Below are positions 39,440 to 52,672 of a stretch of 64,000 nucleotides of DNA, in pieces. Position 1 is the stretch's first letter. Every line of letters starts with the position of its first letter. The stretch comes from Octopus sinensis (taxonomy: Eukaryota), in assembly GCF_006345805.1 (NCBI RefSeq), contig NC_043001.1:36456001-36520000 (forward strand), in the 5' to 3' direction. The position numbers and the translations under genes were made by a program. The notes below the pieces were generated by a model. That model was not told the origin of the DNA, searched no databases, and was given only the letters and a program-made list of their open reading frames with translations.

Positions 39440-39795
39440 TCACGCACACACACACACACACACATGCATATATATGTATATAATTAATAATATCAAGGTA
39501 AGAAAAATTTTAGAATTTTTTACTACTAGTGGCCTAGCGTGTAAAAAAATTAGTCAATAGACTATATATTATTCATATAAATACAGTGTACACTGTATTT
39601 ATATATGTATATATATATATATTATCTGTAAATGTAATATGTATCAATTATTCGGTAGCCATGATAGAACTCCGATGATAAAATTTGCAGCTAAATTCCT
39701 CTATTTTCATAACATCGAGATCTCTTTCATTCTTTTGTTGCCTACCATATTTATCAATATATATATATATATATATATATATGCATACATACATA

Positions 39796-40694
39796 CAGGG
39801 ATGGTGAAAAGTATGTAAGCATTAAACATTTGTAATAAAATCCATATTTCTTTTTAAAATTTATTGAAATAAATGATACATGTTCCTTATTACATGGGAA
39901 AATGAAAGTAAATCTTCATATTTCAACGTAAGTCTCGTTGGTGTCAACCAGTTTCCTCAAACGGCCAGGGATGGAATGAATAACATTCTGAAAGACGTCG
40001 TCTGGGATATCATTGCAAACCTCCTGAATCCGTGTCTGCAAGTCCTCCAGTGTGCGAGTTTGTCTTGTACACCTCTTTTATGTAACCCCACAGGTAAAAA
40101 TCACATAGAGTGAGACTCTGGACTTCTTGCAGTTCTGGACTTCTGAATCTCTGCAGTCGCAGTCTTCAGGTTTTAGTTCCTGCATGTAATGGGATTCCCA
40201 TGGACGAAAATTCAATTCGTTATGCAACACCGTTCGTATTGTATATCTTGTTAGTCCACTTTCACGTGGTGCTTGATGTGTTGATTTTTGCGGATTGCGA
40301 TTAAACATTTCCTGCACTGTTGCCACGTTCTCCGCTGATCGGGATGTGGTTGGACGACCACTTCTTGCATCGGTCACAGAGCCCGTGGTCATCAGCTTTC
40401 CATGACAACTTTTTATTGTCACATGACGTAGTGTTGCATGCTTAACGTTCCATGCAGGCCACCATCTCTGAACCAAAATAATGGAATTCCACACTTCATA
40501 GCGTGCTGCTGTCTCAGCTCGCACCTAAATAGCCAAGCGACTGGCCATCTGAAAAATAAAAAATAAGAAATAAGATAAGAAAATAAAATATCCTCATTAG
40601 AGTTGTCTGTTTAAAAAATGTTTTCGTCATGACTTCTTTGATATTTAAAATTTTATAAGCAACTTCTGATGACTGGTTATTTCCACCCACCTTG
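39796..40694 (-). mobile_element. Internally deleted Tc1/mariner transposon
   Basis: TA flanks; imperfect TIRs CAGGGATGGTGAAAAGTA / CAAGGTGGGTGGAAATAA. N-terminal HTH region (GSVTDARSGRPTTSRS) is fused across a deletion to the C-terminal LTLCDFYLWGYIKE motif; the catalytic core is missing. Confidence 0.9.
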
Positions 40695-40720
40695 TATATA
40701 TATATATATATATATATATT

Positions 40721-41741
40721 ACCGTTATTGTTTTTACGTTTTTGTATTCTTATTGGTGTCACGTATTCTGTATTTTTTTTGTGTACTTCGATCGTTTTCC
40801 GTCCTTTCGTTGTATACATTCGAAGCTTTGGGCTGGCCAATCGAGCAATCTCAAGATTAATCAGCCGAATTGCTAAGATGATCTGGTTCTTGACTGATGA
40901 CTGAGGGCTTCGAATGTCCGTCCTGTGGTTCTTGTGTCGTCTCTGTGGTGTTTCATGTTCTTGTCCATGTCTGTATTTAATTTTACTTTTTACCTATATA
41001 ATCGGCGGCTACGTATCCACATTGTCCTTATACGATAAGTATATTTTTTTCTCAAGCTTTGATACGACTCTTAATCTGTCTCTTTTTCTCTCTCTCTCCC
41101 TCCTCCCTTATTCCACTTCCGTTCTTTCCCTCTCCATCCGTCCCCCCCCCTTTCTACGTTTCTCTATCTCCCTCACCTCCAGCCCCCTCGATCTGTCTCT
41201 TCTTCTCCTCCCTCGTCCACCTTCTCTCCCTTTTCATCATCTGTCCCTTTCTCCTGTCTTTTGTTCTCACGTGACAGCTAGCCGCTGTTGAGCGCTCTTT
41301 TCGTTTTCAGCAGCCTCAGAAGCAACACGGATTTGTTCGTCTCCCCGTGGCCTTTAGGCACAACTTCACAAGCCAGCCCCTACTCAAATCGTCTCGTCCT
41401 GTCGAAGACCCTTGTCCTACGTCCTGGTTTTGTTTTGTTGTTTATTTTTTATTTTAACCGTTATTGTTTTTACGTTTTTGTATTCTTATTGGTGTCACGT
41501 ATTCTGTATTTTTGTTGTGTACTTCGAATCGTTTTCCGTCCTTTCGTTGTATACATTCGAAGCTTTGGGCTGGCCATATCGGAGCAATCTCAAGATTAAT
41601 CAGCCGAAATTGCTAAGATGATCTGGGTCTTGACTGATGACTGAGGGCTTCGAATGTCCCGTCCTGTGGTTCTTGTGTCGTCTCTGTGGTGTTTCATGTT
41701 CTTGTCCATGTCTGTATTTAATTTTACTGTTTACCTATATA
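40721..41741 (+). mobile_element. Two ~280-bp direct repeats (family X) flanking a 456-bp pyrimidine-rich spacer
   Basis: 40721-41000 and 41457-41741 are nearly identical; embedded in (TA)n on both sides. Confidence 0.85.
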
Positions 41742-41868
41742 TATATATATATATATAATATATATTATATCTATGGTTAATAATCCACACGGGAAAACAG
41801 AAAAAACAACAAACACGTGGAACAATTAAAGTATTATTATTAGGCGCTCAGGAAAAAGGGAAGAGGAG

Positions 41869-41904
41869 GGTATGACTTTCGAGCGGAGCTCTTCGTCGGA
41901 AAAC
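41869..41904 (-). ncRNA. Degenerate hammerhead motif in a PLE pLTR-like repeat (~41775-42080)
   Basis: GTTTT-CCGACGA-A-GAGC(TCC)GCTC-GAAA-GTC-ATAC, with U4C and loss of C15.2; followed by TTCCTGAGCGCC as at 29668. Confidence 0.55.
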
Positions 41905-42548
41905 ATAAGAGAAGGAAGAAAGAAAGATCCCGAGGTGGGCGAACGGAGGGAAACAATCGCGACTGGTTTTTACGAAGTAAACATGCTGAAAGGCCGGAAG
42001 TTTTGGATAACAGGGGTTGGTTTTTAAAGACAAAAGAGCGGAGAAGGAAGGTTGGTAACACTCGATGAATAGGAAGAATAATGTGTATGTATGTGTGAGT
42101 GTGTACGTGGGCGTGTGTGTATGTGTGTGTGAGGCGAGATAAAAAAATATATGTATATGTTAGTGCGTGCGTCTGTATGTAAGTGTGTGTACGTAGGGCG
42201 AAAAGTAGTTGACATAGCAGTCGCAAGTGAGTGGTCAGTGGTAAAAGGAGGAAGGAGGGAATGGGTGGAGGCGTATGTAACGTGCCAGCGTGTGTGTTGA
42301 GTGGTAGTGTGTGTGTGTCCGGTGTGCGTAGTTGTATGTATGGCAAGTAAATTTGAAGTGTGTGTAAGTGTAATGTATATATACATGCAAATGTGTGTGT
42401 GTGAGTGCGTGGGAGTGGGTGTATGTATGTGTGTGCGTGTGTGTACAAAAGGTGGAGGTATTAAGGAAACAAACTGCAACTGAGGGAAAGATGGAAAAGT
42501 GCTCCCGCGGTGACAGGCGTAAGAGAAGCCCAATATATATATATACTA

Positions 42549-43273
42549 TGATAAATCTCAGAGCGAGTTATAAACAGTAGCGGTAACACATCGGGACGTA
42601 TATTTGCCATTTGAATATGGCTAACCCCTAAGGGTGGATGCTACTGTAGTTTGTAGCCCCAGGAAGGCACCTCCTCCAGCTGGCTATAGACACACTTTCT
42701 GTGCCCTATCAGTATTTGTGAAGGGGAGTCATCCTTCCGTCTTCAACTTATGATACACACGGACTCGAGTTTCATATACCTTTGTGACTTCCCTTCACAA
42801 ATACTGATAGGACACAGAAAGTGTGTCTATAGCCAGCTGGAGAGGTGTCTTCCTGGGGCTACAAACTACAGTAGCAGCCACCCTTATGGGTTAGCCATAT
42901 TCAAATGGCAAATATACGCCACGATGTGTTACCGCTACTGTTTATAACTCGCTCTGAGATTTATCATTGATTTCACTTTTTCAATATCAGTGTCAATCGA
43001 TACTGGAAAAAGTATATGTATTTGTGAGGGAAACTGACTTCTCGTCGACAACTATGATTGTCACACGCCGATGATAGGTCAATACCTTGAAACTCGAGTC
43101 CGTGTGTATCATAAGTTGAAGACGGGAAGGATGACTTCCCTTCACAAATACTGATAGGGCACAGAAAGTGTGTCTATAGCCAACTGGAGGAGGTGTCTTC
43201 CTGGGGCTACAAACTACAGTAGCATCCACCCTTAGGGGTTAGCCATATTCAAATGGCAAATATACGTCACGAT
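42549..43273 (+). mobile_element. Retrozyme-like/non-autonomous PLE: 347-bp tandem unit (1.4 copies, 42785-43273) plus an inverted partial copy (42549-42775)
   Basis: TGACTTCCCTTCAC at 42785 and 43132 (period 347); 42549-42730 is the reverse complement of 42785-42967; HHR at 43062-43106. Confidence 0.8.
43062..43106 (+). ncRNA. Type-I hammerhead ribozyme motif (GUC site)
   Basis: CACACG-CCGATGA-TAGG(TCAATA)CCTT-GAAA-CTCGAG-TC-CGTGTG: 6-bp stem I, palindromic stem III ACTCGAGT, U4C substitution in this copy. Confidence 0.75.
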
Positions 43274-43289
43274 TATATATATACTATTC

Positions 43290-43990
43290 TTTTACTTAGC
43301 TGATGTCATATGAGCCGCATATCTTTTGTATCTTTTCGGAGAGGCCTTTCACATAGGGTAGACAAACTGTGGACTGTTTATCGGTTTCATCCTCTCTTAT
43401 CTTCATAATTGGAGTAGATAGTATGTTTTGGGGGTAGTTGTTGCTTAATAGATTATTATTGAGCTTGATCATTTATTCATGGTGTGTATCAGGATCACTA
43501 CTTATATTCATTGCCCGATGTTTTAGGCACTGAGCAATTCCTCTCTTTACACTGTATTGATGGTGTGAGTTGGAGTTAAGGTATCGTCCAGTGAAGGTCG
43601 GCTTGCAGTATACGGATGACCTGAATCCATTCTTGGTGCGTGTTATTAATACGTCCAGGAATGCTAGCTCATTGCCTTTTTCCTTTTCCATTGTGAAATG
43701 TATGGATGTCTTTATTGAGTTCACATGATCTAACAGCACTTGGACATCTTCCTGGTGAGGCCAGAGAATAAAGATGTCATCAACATATCGCAGCCATGGG
43801 GTTGGTTTTAGTAGCGTTCATCCTAAAGCCAAATTCTCAACGTATGCCATGTATACATTGGCTATTATCGGTGATAATGGCGAGCCCATAGTTAAACCTT
43901 CTTCTTGTCGATATATATCAGTGTCTATACTGAAATAGGTAGTTTCTACACAGAAGGTCAACATTTCCATCAAGTTTTTATTGGTATACT
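43290..43990 (-). pseudogene. Penelope-like element reverse transcriptase fragment
   Basis: YRQEEGLTMGSPLSPIIANVYM, WLRYVDDIF, LAFLDV, VYCKPTFTGRYL, LPYVKGLSEKIQKI; truncated before the GIY-YIG domain; in-frame stops. Confidence 0.93.
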
Positions 43991-43998
43991 AGTGCGTC

Positions 43999-44055
43999 CA
44001 AACAAGATGAGGACAAATATCGTCAAATGTAAATAATGTAAATAATGTAAATAAT
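43999..44055 (+). repeat. Inverted pLTR-like tail at the 5' truncation point of the PLE
   Basis: CAAACAAGATGAGGACAAATATC.GTCAAATGTAAATAATGTAAATAATG matches 20347-20397. Confidence 0.8.
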
Positions 44056-44394
44056 TTTCACGTAGAATGTTGTAATTTTTTCCCATAGCGAAGTTCGATA
44101 AGCTGATAAAATTGTTTTATAGTTTACGGTTAGCAGCTGGGGCTGTAGTGTATGCGAATAAAAACCCAAAATTAAGGAATGGTGTAGATAAAATCCAGGT
44201 TACATATGTTTCTTGACTAGCAGAACCACGAGGTAGTAATTACCGGAACGAGGGATAATCCGCTAGCTACTCGTTAGGTCAAAGATACCGTAATCAAAAG
44301 AAGCTTAAATTGTCGTCATGGGAACCCATGTTAATTTGCAGGAGATTCGAGTGTGTGTGACTGTTAATATATAAGTGTGTGTGTGTGTGTGTGT

Positions 44395-44432
<38 letters not shown>

Positions 44433-44439
44433 GGTATCT

Positions 44440-44590
44440 TTTATGTTTTACTTGTCTGCGACTGCAGCTATCTTGGGACATCGCTTTGAAGAAATTTTAG
44501 TTGATTGAATCGACGTCAGAACATTTTTTTCAAGCCTGGTTCTTATTCTATAGTTATCTTTGCCCAACCGCTAAGTTACGGGGACGTGGG
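44440..44590 (-). mobile_element. Diverged tail of composite SINE
   Basis: Homologous to 15780-15960. Confidence 0.7.
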
Positions 44591-45099
44591 GGACACACAC
44601 ACATAAGATATATTCACAAACACACGCATAAATATATTCACACATACACATACATACATACACACATACACATATGTATATATATATGCATACATACGTG
44701 AGTGCGTGTGTGTGTGAAAATAAATAAATAAATAAATATATGTATGTATATATGTAATTATGTATGTTTTTACGTTTGTGAATAATGTGAATATATGTTT
44801 TTGTATCACTTAAAGTTTATACACTGCTGACAGCCACGCTATTTCGGTTTTAGTCTATTTCGGTATAGACGTTCTGCTCAATATGCTTCGGAGGGACTCG
44901 AAGTATCGCCCCTGCTGTAGCTAGCAATAATTCCAGATGCATTTCATCAATATGAACAAATATAGGGTATAATATATTCCAAATAATAAAATACAGTGAT
45001 ACGTGAGTATTATTATTAATAACTATATTAAAATATATATTAATCTACGAACGCATACAACTCTATTACACTAAATATCATATTAGTTCCAAATTTTAT

Positions 45100-45285
45100 T
45101 TCAAGGCCAACAATTTCAGGGAGAGCGTAAGTCGATTACGTCGACCCCAGTGCTCAAGTGGTACTTATTTTATCGACCCCAAAAAGATGAAAGTAAAGTT
45201 GACCTCGGTGGAATTTGAATTCAGAACGTAAAGACGGACGAAATGCCGCTTAGCATTTTGCCCAGCGCGGTATCGATTCTGCCTT
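45100..45285 (-). mobile_element. SINE family A
   Basis: Central domain and GGAATTTGAATTCAGAACG box. Confidence 0.85.
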
Positions 45286-45749
45286 AACAATAATTACCAT
45301 ATTAATTGATAATTTGTAATGTTATCCTCATTAGGTATGGATTATTGGTTATTCCGACTGTTTGCACTTATGGACAGAGTCCACAGGTCAGAGGCTAATC
45401 TAGTTGGACTAAATCAATCTTCACCCCACCACGTTATTTTATGTGCATTAGTTCCAAAAAATATTTTCTGATACCTTCTCCTTGTTTCTGGCAAATGGAA
45501 CATATGCAGAATTCGACACACCAGGGCTGAAACAAAACAAACGGCACCTTACTGTAAGACACAATGTTCATCAAGTTTCCATAAAAGTAGCCAAAATTCC
45601 ACTGAATGCAACTCCAGTTCCATAATAATCAAAATATGATGAGGAAAAACACCTTAATTCTTTATTTCTACAATGACTGTCCGCTTGCTGTTTTAGTGCA
45701 GAAAAAAGACTGCATTAAAATTCCTTAACAGCGATAATTTGTAGTTTCA

Positions 45750-45945
45750 AATTTTGGCAGCAAGCCGAAAATTTCAGGAGAGGGATTAAGTCGATTACAT
45801 CGACCCTACTTTTCAACTGGTACTTATTTTATCTTCCGAAAAGATGATAAAGTGGACCCCGGGGAAATTAAAGTGCAGAACGAAGACGAAATGCTGCTAA
45901 GCATTTTGTCCGGCGTGCCAACGACTCTCCCTGCTCGCCGCCTAA
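45750..45945 (-). mobile_element. SINE family A, diverged
   Basis: Ends CTCGCCGCCT; central domain recognisable. Confidence 0.8.
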
Positions 45946-46589
45946 GATTCATAGGAAAATATCAAAAATAAGTGAAATTTGTAATCATGAAATTGGGCTC
46001 CATAATTTGGGAGAATCTCTTTATGTTGATAAAGACTTTCATATGTAAGGCTGAAGTTGTCCATAATTTGATAGTACAGTTCGGTATGACATAAGTGGAC
46101 TTGGGCTATGCAAAAGAACTTAGCCTTAAAAAAACATTTAAGTAGATTTCAGTGCTTCAAGTAGTTATTCTACCCGTGTTCATCTTTTCGTATTCCTTAA
46201 TTCTTTTACACTTTTCAGTCATTTGACTGCGGCTATGCTGGAGGATCAAGATTACTTTATACAACACTTACTTCCTGAATTAAATACGGAGCACGTGATT
46301 TGGAAACAATTGACTGGATTTTTCAATTGTTCAACTGACGGTTTGTTGCTTGCGAATACTTCGTTCGTGTAAGTTTTACACATGATACCCAAATTAAGGA
46401 GTATAAGGTGTATAAGAACTTAAGTGAGAAATTAGTTCCATGTATGTCAAATTCTGAAATCAGTTTCAGTTCCAATATAGAAACTCTGTTTCTAGATGCA
46501 TAACGTCAATAAAAAATACAATGTAGGTGGATCATAGACATTTCGATTTCCAGTCTTTTAGGAATTGAGCCTATTGAAAGGAATGCAAA

Positions 46590-46671
<82 letters not shown>

Positions 46672-46709
46672 AATAGACATAACAAACATATGTATCTGTT
46701 AATATATAT

Positions 46710-46741
<32 letters not shown>

Positions 46742-47159
46742 AATTTATACAAATAAGGATAAGATCGTTATTTAAATACCGATCTTATCAGGTGGCCAGC
46801 ATCGGAATAAAAACCTTCAAAGGTAATAATTATTATTAAAATTATAATTTAGGGTATCTAAGAGATACCCACACGCTGGAAATAGCAGTCAAAACATGAC
46901 TCTAAAACCACATTAAATGTTCATACAGCACCAGGAAAGAAGACAAGAGACAAAATAAGCAAGCAAAAAAAAAAAAAAATGCTGGATAATTCTAGATTCT
47001 GGATTTCTGGTTCTGCATAAAGAAGCGCTTTGCCTTCATCAGTCGAATGTACTCAGGTGCTGTGTGAACATTTAATGTGGTTTTAGAGTCAAGTTTTGGC
47101 TGTTATTTCCAGCGTGGTGGTACCTCTTAAATACCCTAAATTATAATTATATATATATA

Positions 47160-47410
47160 ATATTCTCCCAAAGAGTCTGAGGAACTTGCACAAAGTAGAT
47201 GTAGCGGTTTTTAAATCAAAGCTGGACATCTTCCTGTCAAGAGTCCCAGATGAACCTACCTCACGGCAAGAGGTACAAATGAGAGTAGCTATATCAAACT
47301 CCATTCTTCACCAAGTGCCACATATTAGACGAGGTTCTTCGTAATAACAGTGTAGCACAAAACGGCGGTGCATCAGCATGGCCGCAGCTCTGAGCTGAAA
47401 CTAGAGGGAA
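47160..47410 (+). mobile_element. 3' end of a CR1/L2-group LINE
   Basis: Translates ILPKSLRNLHKVDVAVFKSKLDIFLSRVPDEPT (compare FKKSLDRFLQEIPDKP at ~27680); tail GGCGGTGCATCAGCATGGCCGCAGCTCTGAGCTGAAAC. Confidence 0.85.
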
Positions 47411-47482
47411 AAATATATATATATAATTATATAATTATATATATTTCATATAAATACATATATATATATAATTATATATATT

Positions 47483-47543
<61 letters not shown>

Positions 47544-47624
47544 AACATATGTATGTATGTATATGTATGCATGTATATATACTGGTTTGACAACGTAAAC
47601 AGGAAAAATAGAACTCAAAACGAG

Positions 47625-47662
<38 letters not shown>

Positions 47663-48378
47663 TATATAGATAGATAGATAGACAGACTGACAGACAGACA
47701 GACAGACAGACAAACATACAGACAGGCAGACAGACAGACATGGCATGACAGGCAGTTGATTGGTCGGCAATGAAGTCCGCAACTCGATTTCGATTCCCTA
47801 TTGGGTATGGTTTTACCTAACTGCATAAATGTAATTAGAAATTCTATAAGTGCCATAACTTTCAGCTCTCACTCCCTGGCCACATCACACACACACACAC
47901 ACCCACACACACACACGACATCAAGATTTATAAGAAATCATTAGTGTCTGTCTTTACCTCAACCTTTTGCTCCCTGTTGATATGATTCTACAACTGACAG
48001 ATGAAGTAATTTTGCGAAGTTACACCTCAAAACCTAAACAAAATATTAAATTTATCAACCGCATTTATTCACCAGAATATATTTAATATCCCCAGTCCCA
48101 CAGAAACAAAAAAAAAAAGCACACAATCAAGTCAAGTCGGCATCTTTGAAATGTCAACGCGGTCTAGTCAGCTTAGGCATCAGATTTGCTAACAGATGAA
48201 GTAGGATTTTGTTACTGTAGAATTTCACCTCGAGTCATCTCTCTGGTGGCTTTATTCCTTTCCATTTTTTGTATTTTTATTTCTGTTTTGTTTGTGAAAT
48301 TGACTTCCAATTTGGCATTTGGCATTATTTCTCTTTTTCTGCTTCTTCTCATTATTATTAGTGTTACTATTATTATTA

Positions 48379-48432
<54 letters not shown>

Positions 48433-49017
48433 TATTATTATTATTATTATTATTATTTGCGTTTTGTGTGTGGCCTTAACTTTTATAAACATAACCGAAA
48501 AATACCAAAAATGAGAAAATAAAATTTTTTAAATTTATATAAAATGTTTTAAATCCTATTTCATTGAAAATATGAAACGAAACGAGGAAACAGGAAACCA
48601 AGGAAGGAAGGACGCAATAAGAGATAGGTGAAGCGATAAACAGACAGTTACACTGAGAAATGGAAAGTGTGAAGAGGAAGGGTGATATGGCTGGAAGAAA
48701 TAGAAAACCTGAACATCTTTTATCAACTAGGTCTGAAAAAATATTTTGAAAAATTAATTTCTTTTACAGGGACTAGATTCGAACATGTAGGAGGGCGAAC
48801 AGCCGATTTGTAATCGAATACGATGCTTGTCTGGTATCTTTAGTTTCTTGAGTCCAGGATTTCAACGGTCATCTTAAAGGGCCAGTTCATTATTCTACTG
48901 AATTAATTTCATAAAGCTCAGTTGGTCCGTAAACATAAAATGTGTATATGAACCTCACTGTTCTTGTGTCCTTTCCTTTAAAAATATAAGCTACTCATCT
49001 CATCTTGTTTGCTCACT

Positions 49018-49335
49018 TATTCCTTAGAGCGTCGTTGGGGACAGAGTCCTCAAGTACGCCTTTCATCGGGTTTTGTTTGAAGGAACCGACTCCAGTTCCA
49101 GATGGTTTTCCATGCGAGACCAACCGAACTTATGGAGGTTATCCAGCCATCTTTTCCGTGGTCTACTTTTAGGTGTCTTGCCCGTTGGTTTTGCACGTAA
49201 AACTAGTCTAGCGACCCTTATCTGCAACATTCTTTCCATACGACCGTTGTATCTGAACTGTGCTCTCTTAATTCTGAGAAGTAGTGGTTCTAGTTGGAGC
49301 GCTTCCCTGATATGGTTAGATGCAACAAACTACTC
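49018..49335 (-). mobile_element. RTE-clade LINE 3' fragment
   Basis: Minus frame IREALQLEPLLLRIKRAQFRYNGRMERM...KPTGKTPKSRPRKRWLDNL, the RTE RT C-terminal G.R..GRP..RW motif. Confidence 0.8.
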
Positions 49336-49423
49336 ATTTCTATAAAATAAATTGCTTTTGATTTCTTTCTCCCTCGCTCTCTTCCTCTCTCACTCACTCT
49401 CACTCTCTTTCTCTGTCTCTCTC

Positions 49424-49463
<40 letters not shown>

Positions 49464-50325
49464 CTCATTCATATCTGGATTTTTAATTCATTCACAGTTT
49501 CTAAATATCCCCCTTTGACTCGTGTCCCACTCACTTTCTGTCACCCGTTCACTCATACACCCTTTTATCGTTCTGTAAACACTAATTGCCTTTACAGCCT
49601 ATCTGAGGATTTCCATTTGAATTTTCAATACCAAACACCTAAAGCTGGATAAAGGGAATTAAGGGGATTAATCACCTTCTGTTCGTACACCTACTGACAA
49701 TTCTTAGACAAACTCTATGCTTCTTCAGTAGATATTGCCAAAGTGTCACAGTCACCAAGAGAAACCCCATTTAATTTTTATTCCAAATGATAAAATTCAA
49801 CTATATACATTCTTCGGGGACGGAGATAATTTTGATTAATTAATAAAACAAGAATTCAAGTTGTATGCTATTTGATACACCAGTATTTATCTAAAACAAA
49901 ATACCCCAGTTAACAGATGAAGTAGGAATATATAACACTAGGCATTTGTAGTGGCGGTGGGCGGTGTTGTTTATAGTTCAAATTGAGATAATCTTACAGG
50001 CTACTATAAATCTACACAACAAACTATTACGCTTATTGTTTGTATATATATTTTACGCCTTCTAACCACGTGGCTCATTTCAATTAAAGGTCACAACGAA
50101 GTGGCATTATGTTTGCTCCTTATTTCTGGTCCATTCTGTTCTATTATACTACTTGTTTATAGTTTAAGTTCTCGTTATTTGTTATTTAAAATTCCTTATA
50201 CGTTTAATCCTTCTACTTTTCATTGTCTCTATGTATTTATGGATACGTGATAGCGTCAGCCAGTAAGTAATAGGTTAGTGGTCAACCAGGTCGAAGTGAA
50301 TGCGTGAGACACACACACATACATG

Positions 50326-50386
<61 letters not shown>

Positions 50387-50638
50387 GTTACAACCTGGGA
50401 CCTTGAAGACTTCTATAATGCAAGAAAGTATACTAGTCCCTAAATATTTGATATTCAGTATTTCATCTATTCAATAAGACAATCAATACTTCATTTCATT
50501 TTACTATATATATATTATTTATACTATATATTCTATATTCTACGTTAATATCATAAAGAATATAAATAAAACATAAACAAACAGAGTTGGAATTTCTTTG
50601 AATAATATATATCCCTCTATACACAATCATACAAACCC

Positions 50639-50726
<88 letters not shown>

Positions 50727-50729
50727 ATA

Positions 50730-50782
<53 letters not shown>

Positions 50783-51084
50783 TGACGGAATATTAATCCT
50801 AACTTACAGGTAAAAAATTCAATTTAGAAATACTAAATCAAATCTCACACAATATAATATATATATATATATAATATATGATTAGAAAAAAACACCTTTT
50901 ATCAATTCAAAATGAACAATTAAATTACACCATCTAGAAAATTACATATAAATTACATATAATAGAAATAACATATAAAATTACATATAAATTACATGTA
51001 ATAGAAATAACAATAAAATACCAAAGATTAAGTAAATTGCAAAAAATTTATAAAAACGTATATAATTGGTAGAATAATTGTGTG

Positions 51085-51122
<38 letters not shown>

Positions 51123-51429
51123 TACACACAAACACACAGAGCCTCCCTCATACACACACAGGCACACACATTCACTGGTACATACTCACACAAACACATC
51201 TTTTCTAAAGGCTCAACTCGATAGGCTGGTATATGTCTACAGTGACATTAGCCTCTTACAGATGTCACTTGATTTTCTCGCACATAGTCTCTGCATAGTT
51301 GTATACATTGTATGCTCGGCGGGAATGGTGTCTGTGTATCGTTTGGAGTGAGATTTTTATCCTGAATATATTGTAAGGGTTGGGAACTATCGACCCTGAT
51401 GTCTATGCTTCCTCAAAAGTTCATACGTA

Positions 51430-51600
51430 TAGGCGCTGGAGTGGTTGTGTGGTAAGTACCTTGCTTACCAACCACATGGTTCCGGATTCATTCCCACTGC
51501 GTGGCACCTTGGGCAAGTGTCTTCAACTGTAGCCTCGGACCGACCAAAGCCTTGTGAGTAGATTTAGTAGACGGAAACTGAAGGAAGCCCGTCGTATATA
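51430..51600 (+). mobile_element. tRNA/CORE SINE head
   Basis: GGCGCTGGAGTGGTTGTGTGGTAAG ... CCTTGGGCAAGTGTCTT ... GAAGCCCGTCGTATATA. Confidence 0.9.
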
Positions 51601-51837
51601 TGTCTATATATATGTCAAGCATCGCTTGAGACATCTCCATGTTCGTATGTTTTAGATTGTACCTTGGTGTGATTTAGCTCGATATTGTAGTTGGTCTTTA
51701 ACGCCAAAGTCAACTTTGATCAAGTAGACTTTGGTTTAAAGATATTCCAGCCATGACCATCCCATTATTTTGATTACCTGGAACAGTATTTCACAAGCAT
51801 GCTTGCTTCCTTTAAGAAGGTAATTATATATAATGGA

Positions 51838-52672
51838 AGGCGGCGAGCTGGCAGAACCGTTAGCACGCCGGGCGAAATGCTTAGTGGTATTCCATATGTC
51901 GCTACGTTCTGAGTTCAAATTACGCAGAGGTCAACTTTGCCTTTCATCTTTTCGGGGTCGATAAATTAAGTACCAGTTACGCACTGGGGTCGACGTAATC
52001 GAATTCATCCCTTTGTCTGTCCTTGTTTGTCCTCTCTGTGTTTAGCCCTTGTGGGTAGTATTTCGTCTACCTTTACGTTCTGAGTTCAAATTCCGCCGAG
52101 GTCGACTTTGCCTTTCATCCTTTTCGGGGTCGATAAATTAAGTACCAGTTGCGTACTGGAGTCGATCTAATCGACTGACTCTCCCTCAAAATAATTTCGG
52201 GCCTTGTGCCTAGAGTAGAAAAGAATGTATATAATGGAAACTTATTCCTGTATTTTAGCAGAACGAGCGTTAATGTAGCGGTTCCTCAGGCATAATATAT
52301 TTAAAGCTACTTTACTAAATGAACCTATAACTACCCACAAAGGCCTAGACACAAAGGGGACAAACCAGGACAGACAAACGGATTAAGTCGATTATATCGA
52401 CCCCAGTGCGTATCTGGTACTTATTTAATCGACCCCGAAAGGATGAAAGGCAAAGTCGACTTCGGCGGAATTTGAACTCAGAACTTAGCGGCAGACGAAA
52501 TACCTGTTTCTTTACTGCCCACAAAGGGCTACATACAGAGGAGACAAACAAGGACAGACAAACAGATTAAGCCGATTACATCGAAACCAGTGCGTAACTG
52601 GTACTTTATTTATCGACCCCGAAAGGACGAAAGGCAAAGTTGACCTCGGCGGAATTTGAACTCAGAACGTAG
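51838..52672. mobile_element. Cluster of four SINE family A copies (+ 51838-52040, + 52041-52230, - 52331-52505, - 52510-52672)
   Basis: Direct repeat alignment by eye. Confidence 0.9.
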
